Origin: Yuukianura sp. NJ FZ-2021
Taxonomy: Eukaryota
DNA length: 64,000 nucleotides
Reading direction: 5' to 3'
Assembly (NCBI GenBank): GCA_046563655.1
Contig: CM102289.1
Location: 2,046,001-2,110,000 of the forward strand
Below are positions 23,331 through 36,933 of this stretch, piece after piece. The translations under genes and the position numbers were made by a program. Positions within the stretch are counted from its first letter, which is position 1. Each line of letters opens with the position of its first letter. The notes under the pieces were generated by a model that was not told the DNA's origin, made no database searches, and was given only the letters and a program-made list of their open reading frames with translations.

Positions 23331-26300
23331 TCACTTTTCGTTTTTGCACCATTTGCCATTCATGAGTGTGTGGTAAAGGACCCACTGTTGCAATTCTGTA
23401 AACCGAATTATTCAAATTATGTATATATAAATCCAAAGTATAATACTGTAAAACTTCTAATAAACGACAGTCTCCGGCCATTAAACACTAAACGTAGTTA
23501 ACCAATGCGGACATGAAACGGCTTGGCTCAAAATTTTTTGAATTACCTGTTACGCGTGCGTACATTCCCGGTTTCTTAGGTCTTGCACATCCCTCGCCCC
23601 AGCTTACCTAAAAATTTAAATAATTTTCAATATTTCAATTAAATACTCATATGTAGAAAAATTTTTGAAATTAACTAAAGTTTTTCAAATATTTAGTACA
23701 ATTCCAATCTGCATAAACTGATCCTTCTCATTCAACGAATTGAGAGGGCCACCACTGTCACCCTGCGAAAAAATTTTTTGCTTGGTATATAAAAATTTTC
23801 GGTTTTTATAAGAAAAATTTCATTCTTCTAGCTTACAACACAAGCGTCCTTGTCGCCTTCTTCATACCTTGAAAACGGCATACCCAAAAACTTCATATTT
23901 TGAACAATTTTTTTAAAAACATTGTAGCATGTTAGTACCCGGCACATATCATCCTAGGTGTGACTTCGTAAGGTGTCCAACTTTGGCATTTGGCATTCGG
24001 CATAACCTTGACCTCCAACTGATGCAGAGAGCCGTCGGTGAAGCTGTCACTGTCATTCTTTAGGCCCCAACCAACCACATTCGCAGATGCATCGACAAAC
24101 TTTTCGTCGTAACCCAAGTCCGGCAGGCAAAGTGAAGTATGATCATCGGCTGATTTAATTTTCATGTCAATATCTCGGTCCAACTCCATAACAGCCACGT
24201 CAAAGTCATACCTATTACAATTAGTTAGTTTTTGTTTCAAATTAGTTAACAATTTTCAAACTCCTTATACGTTTTTAACTTTGAAACTTACGGTTACTGT
24301 TGATTTGTGATTAACTTACCCTATGGTAAACAGCGGGTGATTTATGATTCGTACAACCTTGAAGCGCAGAGTGGCTTCGTCCGCATCAGAAATATTTTGC
24401 ACTCTCTCGACAATTGTGTCATCTCTAAAAGTGTATTTAGCAACAATTAAAGAAAAAAACTAAATTTATCCTATGAAAACTAAAATTGCTTAAATTTCAG
24501 ATGCTTAAAATTCTCTCAAGAATGGCGGAGTTGCTATGAAAATTTTTTTTTTGAAAGTTGTATAGAAAGTTTTTGAGCATGGTAGTGATACTTACGACGC
24601 TTGGTTATCCGAACGACCTGAAATTCAAAATGTTAAATCAATGGTAGAGAAAATTTCGATCCGAATGTTTATATACAACCGTAGCACCTTTGCAGGTTTA
24701 TATATTATAAACTTTAAAACGTATATATACATATATATCATAAAATAGTTTATATACCATAAAATACTTTTATATCATGCTGTTACCTAAGCCTTGTAGT
24801 GAACCTGGGCTTTTCTTAGGCGATCTTCGTTTTCTAGCTAGTCCTTCTTCTTCCTCGGCATTTTCCGGTTTGGCTGTCGTTTTGGAAACCCCGAGTGGGC
24901 TTAGTACCTCTCCATCATCGTCAACGTTTGCTGGTAATTTCGATTTGTCGTTTTTCGGTTTCTTTTTCTTACCGCCCAGAATTTTGTCAGTCGGTTTTTC
25001 TTCGGTCGAGTTGCTTTTTTTCAGTAAAGTCTTTGAGTTATCCTTTGGTAGTTTTGTTCCTTTGACTGGTGTTTTGTCCAAATTCGTTTCGGGTACTGTC
25101 GAGTTGCCCTTTCCCAGTGGAGTTTTTTTCACAGGTTTGATTTCTGTTGCGTTTCCACCAACCGGCGGTACCTTCGGAGCATTGACATTACTTGTATTTA
25201 CCTTTGGAATTTTATTGACCGCGCCGATTCCAACAAGCTTGCTCAGTTTCTCTTGGTATTTGTCTATGGCGGATTTTGGCGGTTTGCGTTTGACCAACAT
25301 TGCTCGATCCGTGCGATCCAATTGCTTGGCATGTAATAGTATTTCAATTTCCTCGGGTTTCAGGTTGTTAAAATAAGTGCAGTGTGTAGCGGTTAAAATG
25401 TTGCGTGAATTGAGTATTGCACCGCCGCAGAAAGATGTACGGGTTCCCGCCTTTACAATGGCGACTTGCCATGGCCATTCGTTCAGCCCAGCGTCTCTTC
25501 CGTGCACAATTCGCTTAGTCCTCGACTTCTTTTTTTTCTTTTTAACTCCACATACTGCCAATTTGAAAAAAAATTGTTGTGAGACCATATTTTTTAAAAA
25601 CATGTTTTTTTTTTCTAAAAACTATGGAATTTTTAGCTACCACATGATGAAGTTTCCGTCCTCTGTTTTGTGATGCTCAGCGGTCTAGCGGCAGCTAAAA
25701 CCAAAAAAAAAGCATAAGCTTTATTATAATAAAATTTTCCACAAAGGGCTACTTTTTTTTCTATTTATATAGTGCTATTATCAAAAACTTATCGTGGTTA
25801 TGAAAATTTTGGAGTTACTAACCAGCGTCGCGTGTGCACTGTACATTGCAACGGAAGCCACTACGCTCCAGTCCGGCCGTTTCTGATGACTGGAATCGAA
25901 TGTACAGATCCCGGAGGCCCTTGGAAGCAACTACTGGTTGTTCAAATGAAAACTGACCGCAATATCGCTCGTGACCGCCAGTTCCATCGGAAATTTCAAA
26001 TTGGTCGTCTTTATCCAAACATTTTTTGCCCTTTGACTTACTTATATCTCCCTCCGTACACGTTATTTCCACTGTACAATTTGGATCTCCCTGTTTAAGT
26101 TTCAAACAACATTTTAAAAAATTGTACAATATTTTGAAAGTACAACTAGAGCAACTTACAGCAAGTATCCAAACACACTCTTTGCCTGGTGGGTAGTCGT
26201 TTGATGTTGTTTCGTTGAACGGTGAAACTAAAGTGTACAAGGAATTGTTTTGTTCTCGAACAAGTATTCCTCCACCGCAAACATCTGTATTGTATTAACA

Positions 26301-26990
26301 TAACAAAAATTAAAATGTATTTCAAAAAATTATTGCCTAGAATACGTGGGGTTTGTATGGAATTTTGCTACGTTCAAAATGTTATGTAAATTGAAAAGTT
26401 TACTTGGGTCTGTCACTTGAGGTGGCTCGGTTTCCTCGTCATACGATTCACTGTCTGTTGTAGTCTCCGTTGCCATTGTTGTAGACTCTACTCCGTCAGT
26501 CTGCGTTGCCTCTTTCGTTACAGACTCCTCTGATTCGCATTGTGTAGGGAGGACCTACATTTCGCGTACATCTTTAAAGCAGTACGAAGTTTACTGTGAT
26601 AATTACATTATTTAGTGCTTTAGAATATTTCATTTCCATTCTATTAAGTCGTCTAAACCCCCCCATAACTTAATGCCAAGGTTCGTAAACAAAAATATTT
26701 TTTCTTCAACAGGTTAGGCAATAACTCCAACTATTTATATTTTGTTAAAAAATTACCATAACTTCATCCACCATGGTTTTTATGGCAATGAAATGTATAT
26801 AAGAATAATCCAATGGGATTGGCGAAAAACTGGCGGAAAAAGTGTTAGCAGCGTTTTTTGGAAAACGTACGTATTGTCTAACCTGTTAAAGAAAAACTAC
26901 TAGGTTGCTATAGGAACCTTGCTTAATGCTTACCTGCGTCAATAAGACGACGAAAACAAAGAAATTGAGAAACCTTGTGACAGTAGTCAT
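23331..26990 (-). CDS. Secreted CUB-domain trypsin-like serine protease with a large Lys-rich insertion (multi-exon)
   Basis: Signal exon MTTVTRFLNFFVFVVLLTQ; Thr/Glu-rich stretch; CUB domain (CGG..YPPGKECVW..YCG..FQS..GFRC); RTKR|IVHG..WPWQV..CGGAIL..LTATHC; YDFDVAV; KDAC/GDSGGPL; VSWGEGCA..PGMYARVT; inferred last exon ELQQWVLYH..CKNEK*. Confidence 0.85.
26677..26921. mobile_element. Non-autonomous DNA element with CAAGGT termini and 8-bp TSD (hAT- or P-like)
   Basis: CAAGGTTC...GAACCTTG flanked by a perfect CTTAATGC duplication. A related copy lies at 34633-34889. Confidence 0.8.
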
Positions 26991-27967
26991 CAGGAAAGTT
27001 TAAGGTTTGTGCTGATTTTTTATAATTTGTCACTGAATTGATTATTTTTTGTAATCCATTTGCTACTGCTAGTTAAAAATGATCTTCTCCTGTCAAGGAG
27101 CTGATCAAAGGAGTCAAGTGATCACAGCTAGTGCAAATTTACACTGAAGAGCGTCATTTCTGGAAAAGATCGTCATTCGACTATGCAAGTTTGACCTTGG
27201 AAAGTAAAATTTAAGCGAAAGTTAAGCCTTATTGTTTTATAAAGTTAATTGTGATAGAATTATAATAGACAATTGACACGTGAAAGAGTTTGTGCTATTT
27301 AAAATCAAACATTAAATTTCGTTTGATGTACGTCTGGAATTCTAATTAGCAAATAACAACAATAGGTGATACATGATACAACTCCATAACCAATTTTTTT
27401 AAACTAAGTTTTCTTTTGAGATAAATTTTAAAAAAATTAAAGCGAGTAACAAAATATTGTAATGAATGCTAAAAAGTTCTGTCAAAGACAATAAAAAATT
27501 TTACATCAAAAACTTTTCTTGGAGTTTAACAACCGTGGAATAAGTAGCTTAAATAAATTGAAAATTTTTGTGGTGAGTTTGAATTCTTGACCGCGAAAGT
27601 ACATGCAAAAAATTACCGACTTTGATTTATTTGTTTACCCGTCGAAAAATATTGTAAACCGACATCGTGTTTTTCTATTCTAATCAGAGCGAAAACGTTT
27701 TAAGTTTTTTTTTTTCCTGATGTTATGCATACAGTGAGCTAATCTTTGCTGACTAGCCGGAATAGCTTATGAATGATAAAAAAATTCTCACTAACAAACA
27801 TTACTATTTCGATTTGCAAAACGAAAACGAAATTGGTAGTTGATAAAATCATATTCTTTTCCTATCCTTCTGTTCATTAACTTTTGGATTTCCGCTTGGT
27901 CAAGTGCATAAAGTTGAAACTGCCGAAACTAATCTAGACTAACACAAAAAAATCAAAAATTAAGACA

Positions 27968-30900
27968 ATGAATTTTTTTCACGTTTTTCTGGAACAGGTT
28001 CCATATTTAAAATTTTCGCCATCTTCCTGGATTACAATCGCAGTTAGACGTTTTTTCACTGCCGTTTCAAAAATTTTCACATTCACAATAAATAGAGTTT
28101 CTGCAATTGCAAGTGAACGAAGCTTCTCTAACACCGCGTTTTGGAAGAAGGTATTGAAAATTCAGTGCTTAAATTGCGTAAATTATTTGTGATTTTTTAA
28201 AACTTTTTTTTTTCGAAAAATTTTTCATCAGGTCATACGCCCCGTACTGCTTAGCATGGTGCTCCTGGAACTGTTTCAAACTTTTTCCAAGAATGGTGAT
28301 TCTTGGAATGCTTCATTAGTTTCAAACATCGTAATTCTTGTCGCAACTGCAGCGATTTGTATCAAAAGTTCTCAAAAATCGGCGGGAAACAAGATTCTTA
28401 ACTCGTCCAATTACTCATCATGGCTCATTCTACCAATACTGTTCACATGTGCCTCCACAGTTCAACTATTCAATGCATTAGAATCAGACGCTGGGACGGA
28501 TGCAAGTATATCGCTCTTCTTCCTAAAAATATTTTTGGTGACAATACTGGCGTTTGAACCCTCGCCCCCGAAAGAATCATCCGAAACACAAACCGGATCG
28601 CTATCAACTCTCTCCAAATATTACCGCCTCAAGGAGTACTTGATTCCTACTAGCAAACGAGGAATATTTTTCCTTGTTCTATTCTTTACTGTGGCCATTT
28701 TGGAGTCAATTATCTCGTTCTGTCGTCATATATACTCAATGCATATAGGTAAACATCATGAAACCGAAAACTCAAAACAATAGCAAAAATTTTATAACAA
28801 TAACAAAACATTTTTTAATTATTTTTTTCAGTCAGTAGCATACAGTTTTCAGCTGATGCTAATTCGACACTGGATTCGTCTGTGCTAAGCAGACTGTCAA
28901 CACTTCGACTTGAATTTCGGTGGGACTATGTAGTCATCTACCACATTTTCAAATTCATGGATTATAGTCTCGCTTGGATGGTCAAACAATACGTTCAGAA
29001 ACTAACCGAACTTGAATCTTCTACTAAATTACAAGTTAGTTATACAGTATAATATTAAATTAATTTTTGATTCAGATTTCTAAATTTTTGAAGAAAATTA
29101 TGCAAATTGAAAATCAATTTTTTTGCTCTGTAGATGGCGATATTTACGAAACTGCAAGCCCTGAGCCTTCGCTGGCACCTAGAAAATCAAACCAGCGAAA
29201 CTTTTGCCGTACTGACAACTTCTCCGTATATAGTGCGACAAATTTTGTACAATGTGTCATTGCTTACTTCAGAGTTCCTCAGTCTAATAGCCACCATCGC
29301 TTACCTTGTAAACTCCTACCCCAAGAAAATCTCCACCGTAGTGATCTTGTGTGCCGTTTTGTCATGCGTCATTGACATCTTTGTTATCAGGAGGCGGAAA
29401 GACGCCTTGAAGGAAATGAGAGAACAAGAAAGCAAAGTGCGGAAATCCCGGAGCGGCACGTTTGAAAACTACGAAACGATGAAATATTTTACAAATGAAG
29501 AATACGAGCAAGAAAAATACAAAAATGCTTATCATGACCAGCAAAAACAGCAAATAGACGATACGCTGTTCAGATTGTCCTTCCGTGGTGCACGGGATTT
29601 TTTAAGAGTTGGGGCCGAACTGATTGTGATGTTCATCGTACTTGAAGCCATACTTGACGGTGACAAAGGACTAGGAGCTGGTGACTATTTATACTGTGGC
29701 ACCGTGTTCAGGTCAATTTTTTGGCCGGTTGATGCATTTTATTGGATTTTTAAGGTGAAAAGATTTTTAGTTGCAATATGTTTTTAACGTTTTTAACCTT
29801 TTTGTTACGGAAATAGGACATGAATGGCTCAATTTTTACAAGTGATGACACAATTTGTTTTTTATTCGCCAGGGTTCTACAAGAAAGAGTAATTGATGCT
29901 GAAAAAATTTGTGCCGTTTTGGATCTTACGCCAGAAATAACTGACGCGCCAAATTCAAAAAACTTGGAAGTGAGTGCTACTGGAGGATCCATTGAATTCA
30001 GAAACGTTTGCTTTTCTTATGTACCAGAACGACAAGTTATCAAAAACACGAGTTTCATTATTCCTGCAGGGAAGACAGTTGCATTTGTAAGTACTAAAAC
30101 GTCGACGTGCTTTTTTAAAAATCTAAATTGTAAAAATCTAACTTTTGTTTTAAATCAACTTCGTTGTTTCACAGGTTGGACGTTCTGGGTCAGGAAAATC
30201 TACTTTGACAAAACTTCTGTTCCGCTTTTACGACATAACGTCTGGACAGATTCTTGTGGATGGACAAGACATTAGACAAATCAAAATTCAAAGTTTGCGC
30301 CAAGCAATCAGTGTAGTGCCGCAAGATGTCGTACTTTTTTCTGATACTATCAAGTAACATAGAAACTTTTCTTTCTTTTTTTTAGATTTTTCGAAAATTT
30401 GAGCAAACTTCAACGTTGTATTGATTTTTAGGCACAACATTCAGTATGGAAAACTGGATGCTACTGACGATGAAATTCAAAGTGTCGCCAAAGCTGCTTT
30501 CATACACGATCGCATTAATACTTTGCCAGACAAATATGAAACTGAGGTAAAGTCTTCGCATGCATAGCACAAAAAAACATTTAACGAAAAAAAAAATTCA
30601 ACAAATTTATAAAAAATTGATAATTTTTGTAGGTTGGTAACCGAGGACTTAAAATGAGCGGCGGAGAAAAACAGCGAATTGGCATCGCTCGAGCGATTTT
30701 GCGAAATCCACCAATTCTAGTTCTTGACGAAGCCACTTCCTCGTTGGATACGGAAACGGAAAAACAAATTCAAAGCTCACTCGAAACACTAACTAAAAAC
30801 CGAACTACGATTATAATTGCCCACCGTCTGTCAACAATTGCTTCTGTCGACACAATTGTTGTCCTTGATGAAGGACAAGTTGTCGAATGCGGATCGTAAG

Positions 30901-31079
30901 TTAAAAAGATACGATTTCGGTAACTTCCCAGTTTGGATTTCAACTTTTATTTTTACAATTTTAACAGACACTGCGAATTGCTAGAAAAGAATGGTGTTTA
31001 TACGACTATGTGGAACCAACAATTTCAAAATGGCGTAACGTCAGCAGCTACTGATCACAATTTAGTAGAAAGTGAATGA
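27968..31079 (+). CDS. ABCB6/HMT1-like ABC half transporter (multi-exon, divergent TMD)
   Basis: [21 protein letters not shown]; Walker [12 protein letters not shown]-loop [28 protein letters not shown]; Walker [19 protein letters not shown]. Start codon uncertain. Confidence 0.8.
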
Positions 31080-31266
31080 AAATGAAGATTCAATTGAGCA
31101 ACAAAAACAAATTACTGTGAACAAGAAATCGTTTAAGAAATACAGTATACATTTTCCAAAAAAAGAGAAAATTTTTTTTCAAAATTTTTTATTTACTTTG
31201 CTAACCACGTTTTTTCAGTTACGAGCAACTCAAAAGCTGTTGGCGTAAACTTTTTTTTTAACTTTT

Positions 31267-31995
31267 TCAAATTACTTTGATCGCCTCCGTACAAAACAAT
31301 TCTGGGTCATTTGCAGTCGGGAAAACTCTTTGACCATTTTCATCTACTTGGTCTATGTAGTAAACGCGACCAATTTCAGTAAAGCCCAATGTTTTACCAG
31401 CGGCGCGAGTAAATGGACTTGAAAATTCACTTTTGACCAAAGGAAATCCACGATTCTGAAGAAACGGGATCAATTTCTTGTACATTTCAGTTGTAATTCC
31501 ACGTCCACGGAATTCACTCGCCACTGAGGTAGCGAAAATTTCAGCGTAGAATGCATGCTGGCTAAGAATTTCCGACGCCGCTTTCTCTACATCACACAGA
31601 AATCTCCACGTTTTGGAAAATGGATACGAAAGTGGGCGAGATTCGTGTGCGAAAATTGCATCCACGCCAGGAAGGCGACCGTCCATCACAAGATTCACCG
31701 CGACCAGCTTTGAAAAATGAAAAAAAAAACAATGTTCTCGTTCTTGGGAATTTTCTCATGTTTTTTAAATTACCTGTCCAGTCTCTTTGTGCCTGACGGT
31801 AAAACTTAGTCCGTGGCTAACAATTACTTCACCCAAAAAGTTAACGTCTGCAGCCAGCTCTTCTGACCAGCCCGAATAGAAGCATGTCGTTTCGTCTCGC
31901 GTCCAGTATTTCCAAAAGTGAGTTCTAATTTCCGCCAAATCCTTTTGCCCAGCCACTTCAAACCGAAAATCGCCCCAATCCATCCCCAATTGCAT
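31267..31995 (-). CDS. GNAT acetyltransferase, arthropod arylalkylamine N-acetyltransferase (aaNAT)-like
   Basis: Two exons (intron 31708-31773); W.RDETTC, GLSF..TGQLVAV, SVASEFRGRGI (acetyl-CoA binding motif A), SSPFT..LGF. Confidence 0.8.
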
Positions 31996-32700
31996 CGCAC
32001 AAGTTTCAGATTTCAATACTACTCCGAATTTAAAAAATTGTTTTGTCTAAGGACGGTTCTGTGTCTTGCTGTCTATTGCACAACTTTTCTACCTGTCTGG
32101 CAAATCTCCTTTAGTTTTAATACAACAAAACACTAGTAAACTGTTTTACCAAAATTCCAAGTCTTGCAACTGCTCTTTCGCCCTTGGCCGCAGGCTTCAA
32201 AGAGGCTCTTCCTTTTAACGTCTTTTGTGGAAAGTAGGGAAACAAAGTGTCAACACGAACTCATACGGTTGGAAACTAGAGTGTTACATGGTTTTCTCTG
32301 AAGAACAAAGTTCCTTTTCAGTTAAGATTGGATTCCATGGTCTCAAAACGGTCCCTTGCAGAGTCTACTTTTGGAGCGTTTTTCTTAAAACTTTCTAATC
32401 TTGTCTTGTCTAAAATTTGTCTAATCCAGCATCCTAATTGTCTTCGTTATAAGCAGACTTGCCAAAAATATTTAGTTTCCATGCCTGTAATGTTAACAAA
32501 TTGAATATTTCGGAACTTATTGTTACTAAATTTTATTTGTTTACCCATGTCCTTAATTCTATGATCGTAAATATTTCAGCTTTTTCGGTAAATATTGTAT
32601 ATTGTGTTTTACTTAACTATTCCACTGGTTTTTAGTTAATAGTACTTTTGGCATGTGAAGTTATACGCGAATTGGGTTGACAATGTTGTTGAGTATATGT

Positions 32701-34098
32701 CTAAGGTGGTGAAATTTGGAACTGTAGAAGCACAATGTTATACGTGAGGGCAGCACTTATAATCTGAAAATCAAAAGAAAAGTTTGGTTTTGAATTTAAA
32801 ATTTAGAAATAACATAAAATTAGGTTTTTTTGCTAAATTTAGTTCGCAAATTTTGCTCTTACGGATGTTAGTAAAGATCTTTGGATTTTGAAAAACCCAA
32901 ATGCAGTAAGTTCAAAGTGTACATTGGATACCAAATCCTTCAAGTAGAATAATCCATCTAGATCTGCAACTAGCATTGGCGGGATGGTTGCAATTTTTTC
33001 AATCAGAGAATTTCTCTAAAAAAAATGCCCATAAAAACAAGTGCGGTTAAAAGTTTTATTTTCAAATTAATCAAAATTTTTTAAATTCTTATATACCCTG
33101 GCAGTGAGGCAGCTTCCGCAATTGACGATCCACAGTAGTTGCAACAATAGGATTCCAATTTGGATAAAATGAATAACGTACAGAAATGGGAAAACACTTA
33201 AAGCTGTTGTAGTTGTGTTGAAAGTGTGAAATAATTGGATAGTAAATGTGAGCGCACAAAAGCCAAGCTGAATGCCAAGTAGTAATTGAAATGTGTGCGA
33301 AAATTGATCAAAACAAATTTTGATTCGTATTATTTCAGCAGCAGCGGCGTTCAAATCAAAATTTGTTGGAACATTTCTTTTGCGCCACATTTGATTTTCT
33401 AGATTTCTGCAAATTTCAAGTTTAGTTTTTGGATACAGTGACTCTTCGACGGCAAGTAGACGACGCTCAAGGATTGACGTTACCACGGTAACTACAGCAG
33501 CGACAAAGAAGAATATACATTCAGTCAAAAACGAAACTACATGTATGCCTTTCAAAATTTGAACGTTCACGTGTACGCCGAAAACGTTGAAAAATTCGAT
33601 GCCGGAAAGAGCGACTCTCCGTGTGGCGATGTACAACATAACGAAAAAACGAACTACGGATAATAAGCTGGGAACAGTTAGTTTGACCAATTGGAAGCCA
33701 GTGTAGGTGCAACTAAATTTCCTGCTCCGAATTTGTTCTAAAATTGTTCTGAACAACTTAAAAATTCGAGGAAGTGTGAAAATGTAAGCCAAGTACGTCG
33801 CTAGCATTTGAGACACACCAATATAGAAAAATAATTGAATTAGCTTGTAGTTGTAGGCAGTCAGTAATGTCGAATGTTGATTCGCTAGTTTATTTGCAAT
33901 TGCGTAGAACGGGATGGTAAATGCAAATGAAATGGCGTTGATACAGAAAAGAAAAATTGCCCAAATTACGTAAGCCCGGCTCCATCTTAAATCAAATGTT
34001 GCTGAATTCTCCAATTTTGAAACTGGAAATATTCCAGTGAGTGCTCCAAATTGAACTGAAATTTGTAACAATTTCAATTCTGAAATTGCTATTGCCAT
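32701..34098 (-). CDS. Gustatory receptor, type A copy 1
   Basis: Long hydrophobic first exon; second exon ..FELTAFGFFKIQRSLLTS; last exon IISAALTYNIVLLQFQISPP* matches the GR TM7 motif TY.IVL.QF. Confidence 0.88.
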
Positions 34099-34602
34099 TT
34101 CTACAAAATGTTGTGTAGTGCGTCTTGCTGCTCTACCAAAAAGGGAAATGAGATGACAAACTTTCACTCCCTTTGATACAAGTAGTAGTGAGTGAAATTA
34201 AAAGCAAGGAATTCCCAGTGCAAGTTCCTCTTATGAAATTATGTTTCCATAACTGTCAAAAAACTGTCATTCTTGAAATTAAAAGCCACGGTATATTATA
34301 ACAGAGAAAACAAAATTTGATCATCCGTTTTACTAATGTTTACGTAACACTCAATAACAAAGAAGTAGTTTTTGCGAATAGTTGAAATTTCTGGCAAAAG
34401 TTTGTTTTGTCCAACCAATTGAAAAAAAAAATTCAAAAATTTTTTTTTTTTTTGTAAAACGTTCGGTAGTAAGTACTTCCATTGTTATCTCTGGTGTAGC
34501 GTTGAACATCGATATTCAACTTGAATTTGTATTTATTTTCTTCTATTATCTAATTCTGTGTTCAAGTCTAACACAACAGTACCTACCCAAAAACGACAAA
34601 TA

Positions 34603-35739
34603 TTAAGGCGGTGAAATTTGGAACTGGAAAAGCAAGGTGGGTAAACAAAAAAAAACAAATTGACAAAATCTACACCAGGTTATCCAGTAAGTCGATGTTT
34701 TTAATTTCCTCAAATAATTTGCAAAACTTGCGTCGCCGTGCCTTTCTATGGTAATGATATGTATGTAATTTAATAGGAATTGGGGGAAAATTGGGGGAAA
34801 AAATTGTTTGAAGGAAGATTTTTGCAAACCCCGAACTACTGGATAACCTCTTGTAGACTATTTGTAGATTGGTTGCTATAGTAACCTTGCTGGAGAAGCA
34901 CAATGTTATATGTTACTACAGCGCTCAAAATCTAGAAATTGTATAAAGAGCAATTTTACTTTCAAGTTTTTTTTAAACTAAAACTTAGGTTAAACAAGTC
35001 CTATACTTACGGATGTTAGTAGTGACCTTTTGATTTTGAAAAACACAAAAACAGCTAGCTCCAAATGTACGTTGGATATTAAATTGTTCAAATAAGACAA
35101 CCCTTCTTCATCGGACACCAGCATGTTTTGAATACTTGCAATCTTCTCAGCCAGCAAATTTCTCAAATGATTTGTAGTCACAACAACCAATTTTTTTAAA
35201 AAAGTAAAAAGTTAACCCCAAAATTTTTAAAAAAAGAATGTAAAAATTCTGTGTCTTTCTTGTTACCTTTGTTGCTAAGCGGCTTCCGCAATTAATTGCG
35301 CAAAGTAGTCGTAATAACAAAGTTCCAATGTTAATGAAATTGACGACGTACATGAAAGGGTAAATGACTAATGCGTTTTCAAATGTGTCAAAAAAATTAA
35401 ACGAATGAATTGTGAATGCGACTGTGCCAAAAACTATCTGAATGCCAAGAAGCAACTGAACAATTTCCGAAAATTGTGCAAAAGAAACTTTGATTCGAAT
35501 AATTTCGGCTGCAGCGGTCTGAAATGAAAATTTTATGCGAAAGTTCCTTATTTGCCACAGATGTTCCAAAGTTTTGCACATTTCCAGTTCCTTTTCTGGA
35601 GGCAGGGACTCTTCTACTGCAAGAAGCCGATTTTCAATAATTGACATTACTAAGGTAACCAGTGCAACTACAAAGAGCACTACACATTCAGTCAAACATG
35701 TAACTACTATGTACATGATTTTTAGAACATGAACATTCA
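34603..35739 (-). pseudogene. Gustatory receptor pseudogene (type B)
   Basis: Homologous to the GR at 38846-40259, but the 5' half is replaced by a LINE fragment, the exon-2 acceptor AG is lost, and the last exon is split by a 257-bp insertion. Confidence 0.85.
34633..34889. mobile_element. CAAGGT-terminus non-autonomous element inserted in the GR last exon
   Basis: CAAGGTGGGTAAACAAAAA...GGTTGCTATAGTAACCTTG has the same ends as 26677-26921; flanked by CTGGAAAAG / CTGGAGAAG. Confidence 0.75.
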
Positions 35740-36636
35740 GAGAAATGCAGAATCCTCAAGTCCGAAGAAGGTCACTAATCCGTCAAGCGTATGACGCCCT
35801 CAGACGTGAATCAGTCTTTCCAGTTTCGGACTCGAATCATAACTGGTGTACTCAGCTACGTGACCTCCTCGAATCAGTTAGTTTAGGAGCAACATACGCC
35901 ACTAGCTCTTACAATTTAGCACGGTCCCATCTACAGATATTTCTGAGTAGGTTAAAAACCCAGCTTCACGATAGAGATGTGGAATCGGCCAAGAACTCCA
36001 AGACTGCACCTCATTACCACGAACTACTATCGGGTCGAGGAGCTCAGTTCTACCTGATGGACAACCTCCCACGCTACGCGGTGATCCGAATAGCACACCT
36101 CAGGATACGTAGGAACAGTCAATGGAAGAAAATGGGTGAACCTGGGCGATTTCCATTCCGTTCAATGCAAGTATTGCGGAGACCAACTCTCTTTGACGCA
36201 TGCCTTGACCGAGTGCAGCAGGAACAGCGAAGAACGAGTGCAATTACTTAATTCAATTCCCCAGCGATTCCACAACGCAGAAGAAGCCCTGACTGACATA
36301 AGCAAAAAACCACACCCCCTGAATACTTATAGGTTCCTCCATATTTTCATGACTAAAGTCATCAGTAGGTACGAATAACCCCATTTACTCCGTCATCCCC
36401 CCCCCCCCCCGCGGAGTTAGATATAAGTTAGCGTTAAGTAATCACACTTATTTCCAGATTAGTCTAAGTCACAGGTCAATCGAGTCTACATTTTCGCCAC
36501 TTTAATACCGTCACTTTAATTTACTATAATTTAATAATCTAGATCCAATGGGATACATTCAATTATTCTACTCATGTTGATAGGGTGTGCCACCGAAGTC
36601 AATCAAAAATAAATAAAAAATAATAATAATAATAAT
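35740..36636 (+). mobile_element. 5'-truncated non-LTR retrotransposon (LINE ORF2 C-terminus and 3'UTR)
   Basis: Frameshifted ORF with NWCTQLRDLL..IAHLR..CKYCG....THALTEC (CCHC-type ORF2 tail); ends in AATAAA and (TAA)n; abrupt junction with GR sequence at ~35740. Confidence 0.7.
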
Positions 36637-36933
36637 TGACATTACCAAGGTAACGTCAATTATTGAAAAAAATATCCCGAAATATTGATTTCGCTGACAT
36701 TTCGGGCATGGAATGTAAATATTTTTTCCATGTATAATAATGAGGGCGTCAAACCCTTTTTTTCTGAAAAGCAAATTCTTTTTCAACTAAGATTGGAGTT
36801 CAAGGTGTCATAAGTGTCTCTTGCAGGGTCTACTTTGAGGCATTTTCCTTGAACTTGTTTAATCCAGCATGGATATCTTATAATTGTCTTCTATATTAGT
36901 GATTTGTGTGAAGTTGAGTTGAGCAGAAGTTGT

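Noticed and set aside
24777..25376. 199-aa hydrophobic ORF on the + strand
   Set aside because: Antisense of the Lys-rich protease exon (AAA codons read as TTT).
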